Assembly: GCF_037042905.1 (NCBI RefSeq)
Contig: NC_087252.1
Location: 14,324,001-14,388,000, forward strand
DNA length: 64,000 bases
Direction of reading: 5' to 3'
Origin: Lytechinus pictus
Lineage: Eukaryota
Below the pieces are notes generated by a model. That model worked only from the letters and a program-made list of their open reading frames with translations, did not search any database and was not told where the DNA came from. Of this stretch, positions 36,362-50,705 are shown in pieces. The first letter of the stretch is position 1. The number at the start of each line of letters is the position of its first letter. The position numbers were made by a program, and so were the translations under genes.

Positions 36362-39300
36362 CTACTATGTAGCTGACTCTTGATTTTTATGCAAGCACAT
36401 GAGGTGCTATATAGATGACAGTTTTTTTTCACTTTAAATTGTTTAATGGATGATTACAATGCTTTTCCAGGTGCTTTCAGTTAAAGGGTGTCTCATATGG
36501 TGCATCATTATTAATATTGAATGCATAATCATTATATTTTTTTTACATCCTTTTCCATCAAGCACAATACTCGGGGGGGGGGGCATATGGTCCCCCTTGA
36601 CATTTTTCAGAATAAATCTGCCACTCAAAATTTTATTACCGCACCGCTGACTGACATTTTACTTTCAAGTCTCACACAACTTTTGATACTAAATTTGCCA
36701 TTCCCAGGTACAGGGTCAGGACATTTTGCAACATTATGTTTGTTTAAGTACATGTCAGACAAAAACATGATTACATGTAAGAAGTCAATATTCATAACTG
36801 GGTAATTTTTTTTTATTGACAATAGTAATTTAATGTCACTGATGAACTTTGTCTTGAAAAAAAAAAAAAAAATTAAGAAGTTCAGAAAAAAAAAAAAAAA
36901 ACATGAATTGAAAGGAATTTATTTTGATACCAGATTTTTTAAAGTAAAGTTGTTAGGATTGCTCTTGAAAGGAATATGTACACCAAGGTTTGGCATTCTA
37001 TTACAAGTTTTTTTTTAGTAAATTAAAGCAAAAGGTATGATTTCATATTTTTTTTAATTGCGCCGCCCATGGCTGAGGAACCATAGTGCCCCTCCCCAGG
37101 CCAGAAGTGACTTTAATCAAAACACCCTTGGACTACTATAATGATTAACACACTGGCAACGGAGCTTAGCTCGTATATTAATTTCATGAATATGTTTTAT
37201 CTCTTTGCTTTTTGCTTTTAATTGCTTACTACAGTTATGACGAAGAAGTCTGGAACCTCAGAACCACCATAACTATGTCTGCTACAATGTGTGTTCTTGC
37301 AACCAGCTGATTTATTCATTTTATCAACTCTTGAATGGTAGGTTACATGTAAACTGTATCATTATTAATAATTCACCATGATCGTAAAGCGGATGGGGGT
37401 GAAATCTGTACACATTGACCCAAGGATAATGCAAAATGAAAAAGGCTAACACAAATCTCTATCTTGACTGGACTTCTCAGCAATTGAAGACATCCCATTG
37501 ATGGGGGGGGGGGGGAGGGGTGGTTGTGCTCATCCAAGGTGTACTGTATGAAAGTGTGTATTTTGCTTTCATTGATTTAATTTATTGCGTATTTAAATTT
37601 CCATGATTCTTTTATTTGGGGAAGAACAATCAGTTCACACTTTTTAGATTACATCATGGCAAATTGCCAATTACTATGGTCTCAGGAGTAAGCCACTATC
37701 CCTCTATCATATCATCATTTGGGTGCAAACAACGCCCTTACCAGCAGACATAGGGGCATTTCTGCACCGATGGGTGCACAAAAATGTTTTGCTAAGGGCG
37801 TTCTTGCACTGAAAGGACAAAATTTGAACTAACCCAAGCTATGTATAGTTATGGGCTTGCATTATTTCCCATATTATTATTTTTTTATGAACAGGTTGAT
37901 TATCAGAACTGAATTCATAGCTGCTCCTGTCTGTAGTAACATCATTATAAGAGTGGACTTCAGAATGAGGGCGTTGCTTGTTTAAAAACTTCACTCCATG
38001 GAGCTTTCCAAATTCATCTCAAATTAGACTGCTTCTGGAAACCAGATTTGTTCCTTCAAGCAGAGACGCTTGTGGCTTTCCTGACTGGACTTCTATGGAT
38101 TCTTCATGCCAACCTTAAGGACTGTGGTCTTCTGCACGATACACATCAATTTCAAACAAGACATTCTGTGCTGAAACACTTGATGTAGATGATATGAAAT
38201 TTTATTTCATATAACTGAATCTCAGAAGTAATTCCTCGAGAGCAAGAAACATTGAAAAATTAAAATAAAAGATCCATCAATAATGAATGTCTTGAGCAGT
38301 GTTCTTTTTTGTGCACAGATCAATGGATCTTTTCAAGTCCAAGCAGGGATGTAGTCAATGCTGAACTCGAGGCAACATTTTGCTGGCCTTGGTCCGAGTC
38401 ACTGTACAGAATAAATGGGAAGTTCTCTCAAGCTGCCTCATGACTCGGAAGAATCAGCCTCGACCTCATCCCTGTATGCAAGTGTGATATATATCTACGA
38501 TGCAATTTCATGATTAAAGAGAGAGAAACAAGAGAGCTTCAGATTTTGAAGTGTAGCAATCTCCTGAAATGTATGTTTTATTTGAAAATCAAGCTAAAAT
38601 AACTTAATTGGGCATGTTATTCATTATGATATGTATGAATGAAAGCATTTAAGCAATCTAGTGCTCTTGCAAAACATATTCTGAGTTGTATTTACTGCAA
38701 ACGCTCAGAAATATTGATAAGCATTTGCCAGTGCATGAAGTGTTTTAATAAAGAGTGGCTTTTGTGCCTATGGAGAGTTATTATTTCTTCAACATTTCTT
38801 CATTCAAATTATTTCAGAAATCACAATTTGAATATTCCATGACCTCTGATAACAAGAGCAGAATATTTTTGGTGATTGACACACTTTAAAATGATATTAG
38901 GAGAGAATGTACTGAAATTGTGTGAAAATAATGGCATAATTGCTGAAGAGGCCTATAAAGATTGAAAATAACATTATTTCAACTTTTTCTTGAAAATAAC
39001 CCATGGAAAATTGAAAATGGCATAATTTACACAAGTTTTCAAAACAAAATACAAAAAAAATAAAAAATTTGCAGAATTTTTAGTACACAAGCCTATGGAC
39101 AATCAATTGAACGTAAATCGAACGCAAATTTTGCGCATCCTCCAAAATCTTACTTAAGTTCCGTTCGATTTGCAATCAATTGCAAAGCTTGCGCTTGATC
39201 TACGTTCAATTGATCAAAAGCAACTTCTTCTTGCAACAGGATTGAACGTAACTTGCGTTCAATTGCAGATTTGCGTTTAATCGGAGGACTTGCGCTCAAT

Positions 39301-39511
39301 TTTGGGAGTTGCGTTCGATTTGCGTTCAATCGCAAGTTTCTTGCAACACCCCATTAGTGTTAGTTATGTTATTCCCACGGTTCTTGATTTTATACATGGA
39401 GCTTTATGGACTAATTTCCACGTTGCACCATCTTTGTTAGTTTGACTTCCTCAGTCTTCGTTCCCGTATTGCCATCTTCTCTACAATACACACCAAAGAC
39501 TTGGGGGGAGA

Positions 39512-39653
39512 TAGAGGATTATGTGTAATGCACACTGCATCATTGGTGTAAACGTTTGTTCTTTTATGTGCACAGGGACCGTGTTCATTGTTAGCTGCCA
39601 TAGCACCTGAAGCTTCATAGCCCAGAGCAACAAATAGACAAGGTTCTTATTTA
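39512..39653 (+). repeat. 3' LTR of Gypsy element
   Basis: Follows the PPT at 39503-39511; direct repeat of 25109-25250. Confidence 0.9.
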
Positions 39654-39794
39654 TTCAGCGTCAGCCTGTTAACCAGTTCTGGAATCTTCTGATTCAACCT
39701 GCTAACCTGGGATCAAAGTACAGAAGGACTCTGTCAGCTAGCAAGGACTTAAGTCAATATAAGTCTACATGTCTGTAAATCCCGAAGGATAATT

Positions 39795-42700
39795 ATGGCC
39801 GAGGCAAATAATTTACAGGGTCTAAAGCTGCAACGTCGTGCAGGAAAGGCAAAATTGACCAGATACGGGAATGTAGTCACTGAGCTACTGGAATCACATC
39901 AGCCCCCAGAGAAAATAAGAGAAGCCTTCAAGAAATGTGAGGTGACGTTTGTAGAGATAGAAGAGAAACATAAGGAATATACAATGTACATTGAAGATAT
40001 GATGAATTCGAGAAAGAAGAGAGTTGGATGGTAGATGTAGAAACATACTTCACTTATCTTCAGCTTGAGGTAGATAAGGATTATCTCCCCTCAGACGGTA
40101 ACGTGAACCAGACTGTGCCTAATGATAATCAACAATTTCTCTGAGTCATGGTCCTGTGACTCCAGTAGGCAGTCCTGATTCGATGTTCAAGCTGGAGAAG
40201 ATGAAGTTGCCGCAATTCAAAGGTGATGTGAGAGATTATCATCTCTTCAAGACTGAATTTCTCCATCTCTCTAAATCGTACTCGGACAGAGACACAATCT
40301 CTTTGCTGGGTCATTCTCAAAAAAATGTTACAATTCACAAAAAACGTGTCTCGACTATCTTATGGCCACTAGCTTCACAACCCTGAACATTTTCTACAAA
40401 AATATTATCAAGAAAATGACAATAATAGACTAGCTCCACAAAGCATATGCGACCAGTGACTAGTAAAGCTCTAATTTTATTACAAAAGCCTTTTATTTTT
40501 GCTTTTTGTTAGAATCGACGCTGTCTCGGGTCAGTTTTAGATTTTACTATCATTCTCTTTCCTAAGTAGTCTGTATTTCTTACCTACATTAATGTCTGGT
40601 GAGGGCAGCTTGGTGTAAACGTCCGACATACTGCGCTTATCCTAGTATTTGATGATCCCTTTGTGATTAATTTCACTTTTAACTTTGTCCCAAATTCATT
40701 TTAACCTCCGTAACGAATACTGCCACAAGTTTTTTCTCCCATTCATACTGAATGATATTATGTGATAATGTGTCTACAAGTAGAGTGATATTCATTAATA
40801 AATAATTGATAGGGAATTACCCTATGTGTTTCCTGTATTACACGGAAATAAAGGACTATTCTTAAAAAATAAAAAGTATGACTAAACAGCTTTAACATCC
40901 GTAACGCACCATAAGAAAATATGCACTTTGGCAGTTCTGTTAAGGATTCAGTATTATATAGAATAAGAGACACATTTCATAATAAATACAATTTTCAAAG
41001 GTATGGCTACTAAATAAGGACCACGTTGGACCATCAAGCATAAAGACATTAACTTCCGTAACGCATTAACTTCCGTAACATTTTTTCTTGAATATGCTAC
41101 AAATTTGTGCTTTACTGAATCACTCTGGATCATACAGATATAAATCATATAAGGTACCGTCCACCTATTTACCCATAAAAATGATAGCTATTCATCCTTG
41201 TCAAATTATTATTACACACCTTATTTTCAACATCACTTTGAAAAGAGGGAAAATTGCCAGCAAAAAACAATTTCCCGAGAATTATATATGATATTTAATG
41301 CTTTTAGAATTTTAAATAATTCATACTACAAATTTTGAATATTGGCATCTTCTTTAGAACTTAAGATTTCTAATTTCCTTTGCTATATAAAGTGCATTAA
41401 CCTCCGTAACAATTACTGTTACGGAAGTTAAAACACTTCTTTGCTGTACTTTGCTAAGATTGATAGCACGATTCTAGTTCCAGAACAGGTGGCATGGCTT
41501 TGTCTAATGCTGTAGTCGGCAGAAATGGTGTAGAGAAAGGGAAAAATGAGAAACAAATAAGCTTTCATGGACAAGGAAAGAGACAGAAAAACTGTTTGCA
41601 ATGACTCATGAGGAGGGTTAATGTATCACCGATCAAAAATGTGAGCGCAAAGCGCGAGCTAAAACTTGTGTAGTCTAACCTGAAAACTTGAAATTCTAGC
41701 ATTTTTTTGTAAAAATGATCAGGATGTTATCTGAATAAACTATTAATGCGAGTACAAAGTGTTAGCTGATTTTTTTTTCGTATTCTGACTGAAAGCTTGA
41801 CATTCTAAACACTCTTTGTACCAATCACAAGGATGGGTATCTTAATTGATGCGACTGTAAATTTTTCATATTTTGATATGAAAACAATCATTTTTGGACG
41901 TTGTAATTTGAGAACAAGATATATATCCAATAAACAATTATTGCAAAGGTAAAACGCGCGCTTTTTGAGGTTTAGTCCCCAAAATGGGACATTCTACTAA
42001 TTACTTTTTGTAATCATAAAAAGGATGGGTGTCTTGCTAAGGAAATGATGCGCAGTGAGTGCGAAGCGCGAGCTGAAAATATGTGTCATTCCAATATGAA
42101 AACCAGACATCTTAAGCACGCTTTCAAATAAAGAGGATATAAATTGAATAAAAAATAATTTCATGCAATACAATACAAAAAAAACAAGTGGGGATTACAT
42201 GTATGTACACCATCAATCAACTCTTTTAATATTCATGAAGATATGCATAGACTATATTGTTTCACTAAAATAATGCAAATCTTTAAAATGGCATAATTTC
42301 GTTATTTCTTGTTCAATTTTGATCATATTTGCAGTATTTTGTTTATCTGCTTATTATCTGTTCGAGATCATATTTTTCAGCCTGGATGACCCCTTTAATG
42401 TGCATGAAAAGCGCTTGAATAATCGATATAGGCCTACTGACATGAAAACATGGAAAGGGGTATTTCAAACACTCACGCTTTGTTGGAATTTATAAATGAA
42501 ATACGTATTTCGATAATCAAACATTTTAGCTATTCATCATTTTTTTTTAAATCACAAATAGGATGCGTAATTGCGTATCTCGATAAAACAAACTAATGAA
42601 AAAAAATCGCGATTAGATCATATAGATTCCATTAATAATTTATGTATTTGTGAATTTTTAGCCTCTTGTTTCATTCACCTTACTTTTTTATTATTCATTT

Positions 42701-45700
42701 CCCCATGTCCTTTTTAAAAAAAATTTTCCCCTATTTTTCTATCTTTTTTTACTATTGGCAAGCGGCGGGAGTCCTCGTAACCAAGAGAACTAACTCGTCC
42801 TGGTTACGGGACTGCGATTGTTACATTTTGTTTATTGCCAGAAACTTTAAAGATGAACTGTAATTCTGTGGCCCGGTTATTCGGTTTTCTCATTCCAACT
42901 TTGAACAAGAACGACAATAAAATTACAGTTTCCGTTTCCTGTTTATGTTTTTCACATTTTTTTTGGGGGGGGGTGGCAAATTAAACTATGCGTTCCACAT
43001 TTATCTTTATTTATTAAAAAAAGGTTATACGAATACCTAAATATGGAATTTCCTAAGCTAACAAATAAATACTGCAATTTGTAACTTAATTTAACTTCCG
43101 TAACGAAGATTGACAAGGGTAAATGCCACTCGAGGATTTGATGGTAAAGTATCTTGGGATTCCCAGAATTGGTCATGCATTGCTTAGGATCTTGCTTAGG
43201 ATTACTTAGGACCAGAAACTTGTAAGATGAACTACAATTCTGTGGCCCGGTTATTCGGTTTTCTCATTCCAACTGTGAACAAGAACGACAACAAAAATGA
43301 CAGTTGTCCGTTTCCTGTTGTGTTTTTATTTTTTATTTTTTTTTTTTTTTGGGGGGGAGGGAAATTAAGCAATGCGTTCCACATTCATCTTCAATAAACT
43401 AAAAGAAAAATGTTATACCAATACCTTAATATGGATTTTCCTAAGCTAACAGAATAAGTAGTGCAATTTGTAACTTGATTTTAACTTCCGTAACGAAGGT
43501 TGACAAGGTTAAATGCCATCGAGAGGATTTAATGGTAAACTATATTTTGATTCCCAGCATTGGTCATGCGTTGCTTAGGATCTCAGGTTATGGATGAAAG
43601 TTATTTTAAGGTTGCCTCATTCAAATTATGAACATTAAACTAAACGAAAGATGAGCAATGATTTTTATGGTACTTTTTGTTAAATGTTATTTGGTAAAAT
43701 CCTGCTTCTGAAAAAGAATATTGAATATTTTTGCTATCTTGCAAACATTTTTGCTTCAGTAAATAAAACTGTTGATACCACACTGAAACTAAATGGTGTG
43801 CATTTCTATTTCAATCATTTCAAAAGTGATTTAATTGAGTAACATAAGTGAACAATGCTAACGATTTAACCTCCGTAACGTTGACATACAGTGCTTGAGT
43901 TAATCCGGTCAGTACTTCAAATTGACGCAACAGCGACATGCCCCTTTTCTGTTGCCACTTTCTCATACATGGTACTTTCACAATATGTATTTTTCAACCC
44001 ATTTTCTAGACTTCATTTTTACGATTTTTCCTCCCAACAATTGTAGCATTTTTCTGAGAATGACCCTGCTACGCAGCTGTCTGGAAGGAAAGCCGGCAGA
44101 AATGTTACGTGGAGTAACAGACTTAGGAGCTGCTTGGAGATTTTTGGAAGCCGTTTATGGTGATACATCATTTCTGATAGACGCGGTAATACATGACATA
44201 AATTCTTTCATAGAACTGAGAGAGGGTGAAGACTTGAAGTTCTGTGAGTTCTCACAGCTTGTCCTTAGGAGTTTCAACACACTGAAAGGAGTTGGACGTA
44301 CTCAAGACATCGATGACGTCCAGATGTTATCGACCATAGAAAATTAACTGAACATAGATGATAAGAAAGAGTGATTCAGGTTTCTGAACTACAATAAGCT
44401 TGATCCGTCATTGAGTGTTCTAATGGAATGGATGACTAATGACATGATTGCACGCATAAGAGCAACCGCTCCACTGAGGTCAAGCAGCAGAAACAGTAGC
44501 AGTAGCAAGCAGAAATTAGCCTCAGTACATCTTGGGAAGGCTTTGCCAAGAACCTTCCATAAGTGCTGGCTATGTGAAACCTCAGATCACTGGATCGATC
44601 AATGTAAAAAACTTATCAGCATATCCCAGCCAGACAGACTTCAAAAGATGAAAGAGAACCATGCCTGCTTCAGCTGCTTGAAAAGAGCGGGCAAAGACCA
44701 TCGATCCTCCAACTGCAACAGAAGGAGGAGATGCAGTGAAATGGTCAACGGTGAACAATGCAAATACTACCACCATCCGCTGTTGCACAGTAAGCCGGAG
44801 AGCAGTTCAGTAGGAGTGGCATGTGTAAGCAAAACCAGATCCTTACTTCCTATCGTCACATGCAAGATTATTGGTAACCATTCAAAGAGAAATGGCAATG
44901 TCTTATTAGATTCTGGCTCGCAGATCAGCATAATAAAACAGTCTACAGCAGATGAGTTAAAGCTGAAAGGAAGAAAGACGATTGTAAATATAGTCAAACT
45001 GGGTCAGAAGGAAGAAGAAATCCAGACCTATATCTACAAGGTACCCATAAAAGCCCTTGGTAAGGATTCTTCAGTCTATACTGTCACAGCAGTTGGGCTC
45101 CCAAGTATCAATGATGATATGGATCAAATTCAGATGGGAGATATTGCTGCTGAACTGAATCTGAAGGAAATCGATCTGAACAGAAGTGGAGCCATTGATC
45201 TCCTGATAGGCACTGACCATCCATGATTTCATGTAGGAGAAATTAGAGAGAGCAGATATAGTTTGATAGCCAGGAAATCTCCTCTTGGATGGGTCGTATT
45301 TGGAGGCAGTCCTGATGCTGAGAAAAACGGTGCAGTTTTCCACATTAAGATGGCAAGCCCGGTGAATCTGACAGACTTTTGGGAAACTGAAGCAATGGGC
45401 GTACAATACAACAACTGCCAGTGTGAGCCCATTGATATGACAAAGGATGACAGAGATGAAAGTCGGAGACCAGTGGAAGAAAAATCCTCAATCTCTGCCG
45501 GACAACAGAAAGCAAGCAGATAAAATACTTGAGTCTACAGAAAGGAGACTGATGAAAGACTCCAATCACTCAGAGGCTTACAAGAAACAAATGGAGGAAA
45601 TGGTGGCAATGAACTTTGCACGGAAACTATCAGAAGGTGAGATGGTGTCATACACAGGTCCAGTTCATTATGTGTCACACCACGCTGTGATAAGACCTGA

Positions 45701-46854
45701 GAAGAAGAGTACGCCTGTCCGTATAGTCTTCAATTCATATGCTAATTACCAAGGTCACAGCCTAAATGACTATTGGTTGAAAGGCCCAGATTTGTTGAAC
45801 AGTCTTATTTGGTGTACTGATCCGATTCAGAGAGAACGCTGTTGCTGTTTCTGGGGATATTTCCAAGATGTACCACAGAGTGCTTATCCCAGTAGAAGAT
45901 CAACATGTGCATCGATACCTGTGGCGCAACCTGGAAACTGATAGACCACCAGATGTCTATGTCAAAACTGTTTTGACATTCGGAGACAAACCGTCCCCGG
46001 CGATGGCGCAAATAGCCCTATGACGTACAGCAGAAGAGGGAGAGAAAGCATATTCTGAAGCCAGTCGAGTAATCAAAGAGGATGTGTATATGGATGACAT
46101 TTGCTTTTCCACCCAAAGCAAAGAAGAAGCTGTACAAAGAACCAAAGAGATAGATGAAATACTGGATGAAGGTGGCTTTAGAGGGAAGGCTGGTCATCTA
46201 ACAAGAAACTGACTGATAGGCATGATCAGAGCACAGAGGGTAATGCCTTGTTAGAATCTCTGACAGAGGAAAAGGTCCTAGGTGTTGTATGGGAGCAACA
46301 CAAAGATGTATTCACATATAAAGTCAAGGAGAGTGTGACAACCAACGAGAATCAATCCCAATTATCAAAGAGGAAGATCTTGAGCAGAGTTGCCCAAATA
46401 TTTGACGCTTTGGGCTTTGCATCTGCTTTTCTAGTGAAGGCCAAAATAGGTGTGCACAGACTTTGGCAAATTGGACTTGACTGGGATGATGAGCTTCCAA
46501 CTGATGAAGAAAGCAGATGGCTGTCTCTATTTGAGGAGATGAAGGGACTGAGGAACGTCGAGCTGGACAGATGTTTGACTGATCCCTTAGCAGTAGAGCA
46601 ACCAGTCCTATGCTCATTTTCAGGTGCATCGGAATACGCATTTGGTGCATGCGTATACATGAGATGGCGACTACCGAATGGAAGGTTTGACACCAGGTTC
46701 GTGACAGCCAAGTCAAGAGTTGCATCACTGAAAATGTTAACAGTGCCCAGACTTGAGTTACAGGCAGCTGTTATGGCTACAAGACTTACATCAACAGTGG
46801 TAAACGAGCTAAGAATGACTGTGGAAAATACAATCTTCTTCACTGACAGTATGA
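39795..46854 (+). pseudogene. BEL/Pao gag, protease, RT and RNase H-like region (interrupted by 40308-44066)
   Basis: Motifs KLEKMKLPQFKGD, zinc knuckles CWLC...HWIDQC, CFSCLKRAGKDH and YHHPLLH, protease LLDSGSQ, KKSTPVRIVFN, LKGPDLLNSL, YMDD, AKSRVA, VPRLELQAA. Confidence 0.9.
40308..44066. mobile_element. Non-autonomous Sola2-like DNA transposon
   Basis: 28-bp TIR GGGTCATTCTCA(A/G)AAAAATG(T/C)TACAATT. 4-bp TSD TGCT (40304-40307, 44067-44070). Repeated TTAACYTCCGTAAC motif and a ~375-bp internal tandem duplication (42838/43212). GGG termini with a 4-bp TSD fit Sola2. Confidence 0.8.
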
Positions 46855-49506
46855 TAGTAGACCGGCCAAACGTCAAAAAGTGCTCTAGATAAGGATTCGA
46901 CGGCAAAATTTGTTAATGCTTGGCATCCAAGCTAAAAGTCTTGCAAAAATACCTAGGGATAGCGTACGGCCGGATGCCAAGTGCAATTTTGCGTGAAAGT
47001 GTCATTTTTAGCGTAAAATTTGAAAGAATGTCGAAAATCACGCATTTTGATATTTTGACGGATTATCATCATATTTTTTATTATCTTTGATATGGTATTA
47101 ATGTTATTCAGAGTTTTCAATTATAAGTCTCATAAATATGCACTTCAAATTTGAATATTACACACACATATGGCACAGTGAAACAAAAAACCGCGATTCT
47201 CTCAAAATAAAAGTTTGTGAAAACTATCAATAGTTTGAAGTTTTTTACGCAACTTAAATTCTTCGATTTCAAGTCGTTTATCCATCGAATGTATAGTCAA
47301 TGTCCTAATGCCACAAATATCAAAATAATTTTTAAGTAAGATGGTAGATATCTCATTTTATGTTATCCGAAAGGAGACAATGTGCATTTTACCAGGTGCG
47401 CATTTTGAAAGAAAAAATGAAAATACCGTACATTATGTACATAATTATATAAGTACATACTAAAGCGAGTTTTTAATTTGATAGCACAATTTGTCAATTC
47501 TTTGCATCCCAGCTAAAAATCTTGCGGAAATACTGAGGAATAACGTACGGGCGGATGCCAAGAACACTTTTGCGTGAAAGTATCATTTTTAGCGTAAATT
47601 CTGAAAGACTGTCGAAAATCACGCATTTTGATATTTTGACGGGATTTGTAAGATAATTTGATTCCCTTTGATATGCGATTATTTATATTTGGAGTTTCAA
47701 ATTATAAGTCTACTAAATATTCATTTCAATTTGGAATATAACACACACATATATGGCACTATGAAATATAAAATCGTGATTTACTCAAAATAAAAGTTTG
47801 TGAAAAACTATCAATGGTATAATGTTTGTGTTCCGCATCTCAATTTCGTCCATTTTAGCGCTAACCGAATAGATACATAATAATTTTTGTCATATCACAT
47901 ATAATGAAAAAATTGAAATAAGATGCAAGATATATCATTTTATGTTATACATGTGAAAGATAACAATGTACATTTATCGGATGCGCATTTCTGATAAAAA
48001 AAAACAGCGCACAATATTACATCTATATTGCACATAAATTATATACTGTTAATCAGTGCGATACTCGTCATGATATTATAAAGGATTATGTTTACTTTTG
48101 TGGAGTTCGATCTTCTTGCTATTTCCGCGAATGAATTGGTGCTGAACGTAAATCTACCTGTGGCGAAATTCATAAATAGGTCTGATATTTAATTCGCCGT
48201 TACCATGGTAACATTAATTTTATAGGAATATCTATATCCCAAAACATAAAAATATTCATGTATAAATAAAACGATTGATTTAGCATTTTTTTAACTACTC
48301 TTTCAATCTACATTTTACTTCAGTTATTGGATTATCAAAGTCTAAAAAAAAATATGGCCATTGCCACGGCAATACCTAATTTTTGTCTTGCCTGCATAGC
48401 AGAGCAGGACCAAAGGGGCCACTTTTCCGGCGGAGGCGACGACAGTTTCGATATAAAAGCGTCACATTAACCTTGAAATCTTAACCAACGTTACGTTTTT
48501 TGAAAAAAAAATCATTATAAGTTTGAACGTATAGAAAAAAATCAATGACACTTATAAGAGTATGCAGGTATTACTGATCGTCTTGCACAAGTTTTAGATC
48601 ATAGAGTCAAAGGTCATTTAAAGTCACTGATCTTTGGCCATATGGGGGTATTTTGTTTGAAATTTCATCCTAACTTTTGAAATTGAAATTAGCTATGGAC
48701 ACCGACGTAAGCCTTAAGATGGAAGATGCATGGAAGTGAGGGGGAGGGGGGAACTTGCCCCCCAAAATTCAAGAAAAAACATAAAACAACAGAAGCAAAA
48801 TAATGGAAAGCTTGTTAGGGAGGGGGTCATTTATTTATTCTTTTATTTATTTATATGTTTATTCATTCATTTATAATGACCTCAATTGAATGTAAATATT
48901 GTAATTTCAAACATTTTTTCTTTATAAACAAATTCTTCCCTAAATTAATGCTTTTGTTTAAAAGACTTGGTAAGTAGGCTCGCTCACCAGCAGCGTAGCT
49001 AGGCTTTTGTCAGCAGAGGAGCACGGGGGAGGGCTTTGGTATTTTGCAGGGAGTACCAAAATAGATTCATTTATCAAATATTTATTATTAAGTACATATT
49101 AGCTTTATTCTCACAAGCACGATTAAGTATCTGACAAGGCCAATTTGAATAATGCGAACGCGAAGCGCAAGCAGTTTTTGTATAAGCCATGAAATCAAGA
49201 GTTGAAAGTTGGAAAGTTACACAATTCGTAAGTGTAATCATGAACATGATTCGTATCTAATGGTATTGTTAAAAATTTCAGAAATTTTTAATATTCTGAA
49301 ATGAAAACGGAGCATTTAATACATATTTTTTATAAATAATATATTGGCTATTGATGCGAGCGCGAAACGCAATCTGATTTTTATATTCCAATCCGTAAAC
49401 TGGAAATTTTGATGACGTTTTGAAATAAAGAATTTTATGTATCTGTTTAAAAAAAGCCAGTACAAGCCGAACTGGCTCTTTTTTAATGAGAAACGAAACA
49501 TTCTAA

Positions 49507-49718
49507 GGCGCGATAGCTCAAGAGGGGGTTTCGGATTCCGGTGGCCTGGGTTCGATTCCCACTTGGTGCGCTAGTGCCAAGTAAACCTTACTAGTAATGG
49601 TAGTAAGGCATTTTAATCCTCATTATAGGTACCTCGGAGAGTACCTTAAGCCATCGGTCCTCTGGTTGCTTGCTTAGAAGCATTCATGCTTTCTTAGCAA
49701 ATGAGGTAAAATAAAAAT
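49507..49718 (+). mobile_element. tRNA-derived SINE
   Basis: A-box-like TAGCTCAAGAGG (49514), B box GGTTCGATTCC (49549), then a non-tRNA body and A-rich end. Confidence 0.7.
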
Positions 49719-50705
49719 CGTCAAATCATGAACAATAATCAGTATTTAATTATAGGATTTGATGCGAGCGGGAAGCGTGAGCTGAAAATTTCGAATTAAA
49801 CGAATGAGTTTAAACATGTTTTCAATGTAGAAAAAGATTGATATCTTACTAAACAAAAACGTTAGAGCAAAAGCGCGAGCTAAAGTTGGGAGACACTAAG
49901 AGCTAAAAATTGGACATACAGTATGCACATTTATTTAATAATGGACTGGGTGCGTATTTAACTAAACAATGTGAGCGCGAACGGCGAGCTAATTTCTTTT
50001 TTAATTTTCTAAGAAATTGACACTTCAAGCATGATTTTTAAACAGATAGCAAGTTGTTTATCTCATTTATTAATGCCAGCGCGAAGCTGGAGTCGAAAAT
50101 TTATTTGGCATCTTTTTGTAATTCCGTGTTGGGTGCCTATCTCGCTAAACCAAAATAAAATATACACTCGAATCGCGAGCAGAATACCTTGGGTATAATA
50201 TCTTGAAAATGAGATACTTCTCGTTTTAAGTATGTACTTATTCATGTAATTATTTTTAAATATATGGTATCTTCAAATTTACATTCAGAATGGCCCCCCT
50301 CCCTCCCCGATAAATTTTGAATGTCCCCTTTCGGAAAATATATCTTCCATCTTACTTGAAAATTCTTTTAATATTTGAGACATTAGAAACGATCGATATT
50401 CAATAGATGAACCCATTTAAATAGAAGAATTTAAGTTGTAAAAAAAACTTAGAACTATTGAAAGTGTTCACGAACTTTTATTTTGAGTAAATCACGATTT
50501 TATATCTCGTAGTGCCATATATGAGTGTGTTATATTCCAAATTGAAATGCATATTTAGTAGAGTTATAATTTGAAACTCCAAATGTAAGTAATCGCATAT
50601 CAAAGGAAAACAAATTATCTTACAGGTCCCGTCAAAATATCAAAATGTGTGATTTTCGACAGTCTTTCAGAATTTACGCTAAAAAATTTTACTTTCACGC
50701 AAAAG

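Larger units (their letters stand above)
34090..39354. mobile_element. ~5.3 kb non-autonomous TIR element in the Gypsy 3' UTR (superfamily uncertain)
   Basis: TGGGGCGTTGCAAGGAAGTT at 34091 versus AAGTTTCTTGCAACACCCCA ending at 39353. TTGCAA/TTGCG subterminal repeats at both ends. TSD ambiguous (TA, or CTAG/TTAG). Confidence 0.75.
25109..39653 (+). mobile_element. Full-length Ty3/Gypsy LTR retrotransposon (decayed, two large nested insertions)
   Basis: 142-bp LTRs at 25109-25250 and 39512-39653 with 4 differences. PPT GGGGGGAGA precedes the 3' LTR. Flanks TGCAG/TTCAG (5-bp TSD, one mismatch). Domain order gag-PR-RT-RH-INT. Confidence 0.93.

Noticed and set aside
49507..49575. tRNA gene
   Set aside because: A and B boxes are present but there is no complete cloverleaf and it runs into a non-tRNA body; better explained as a SINE.
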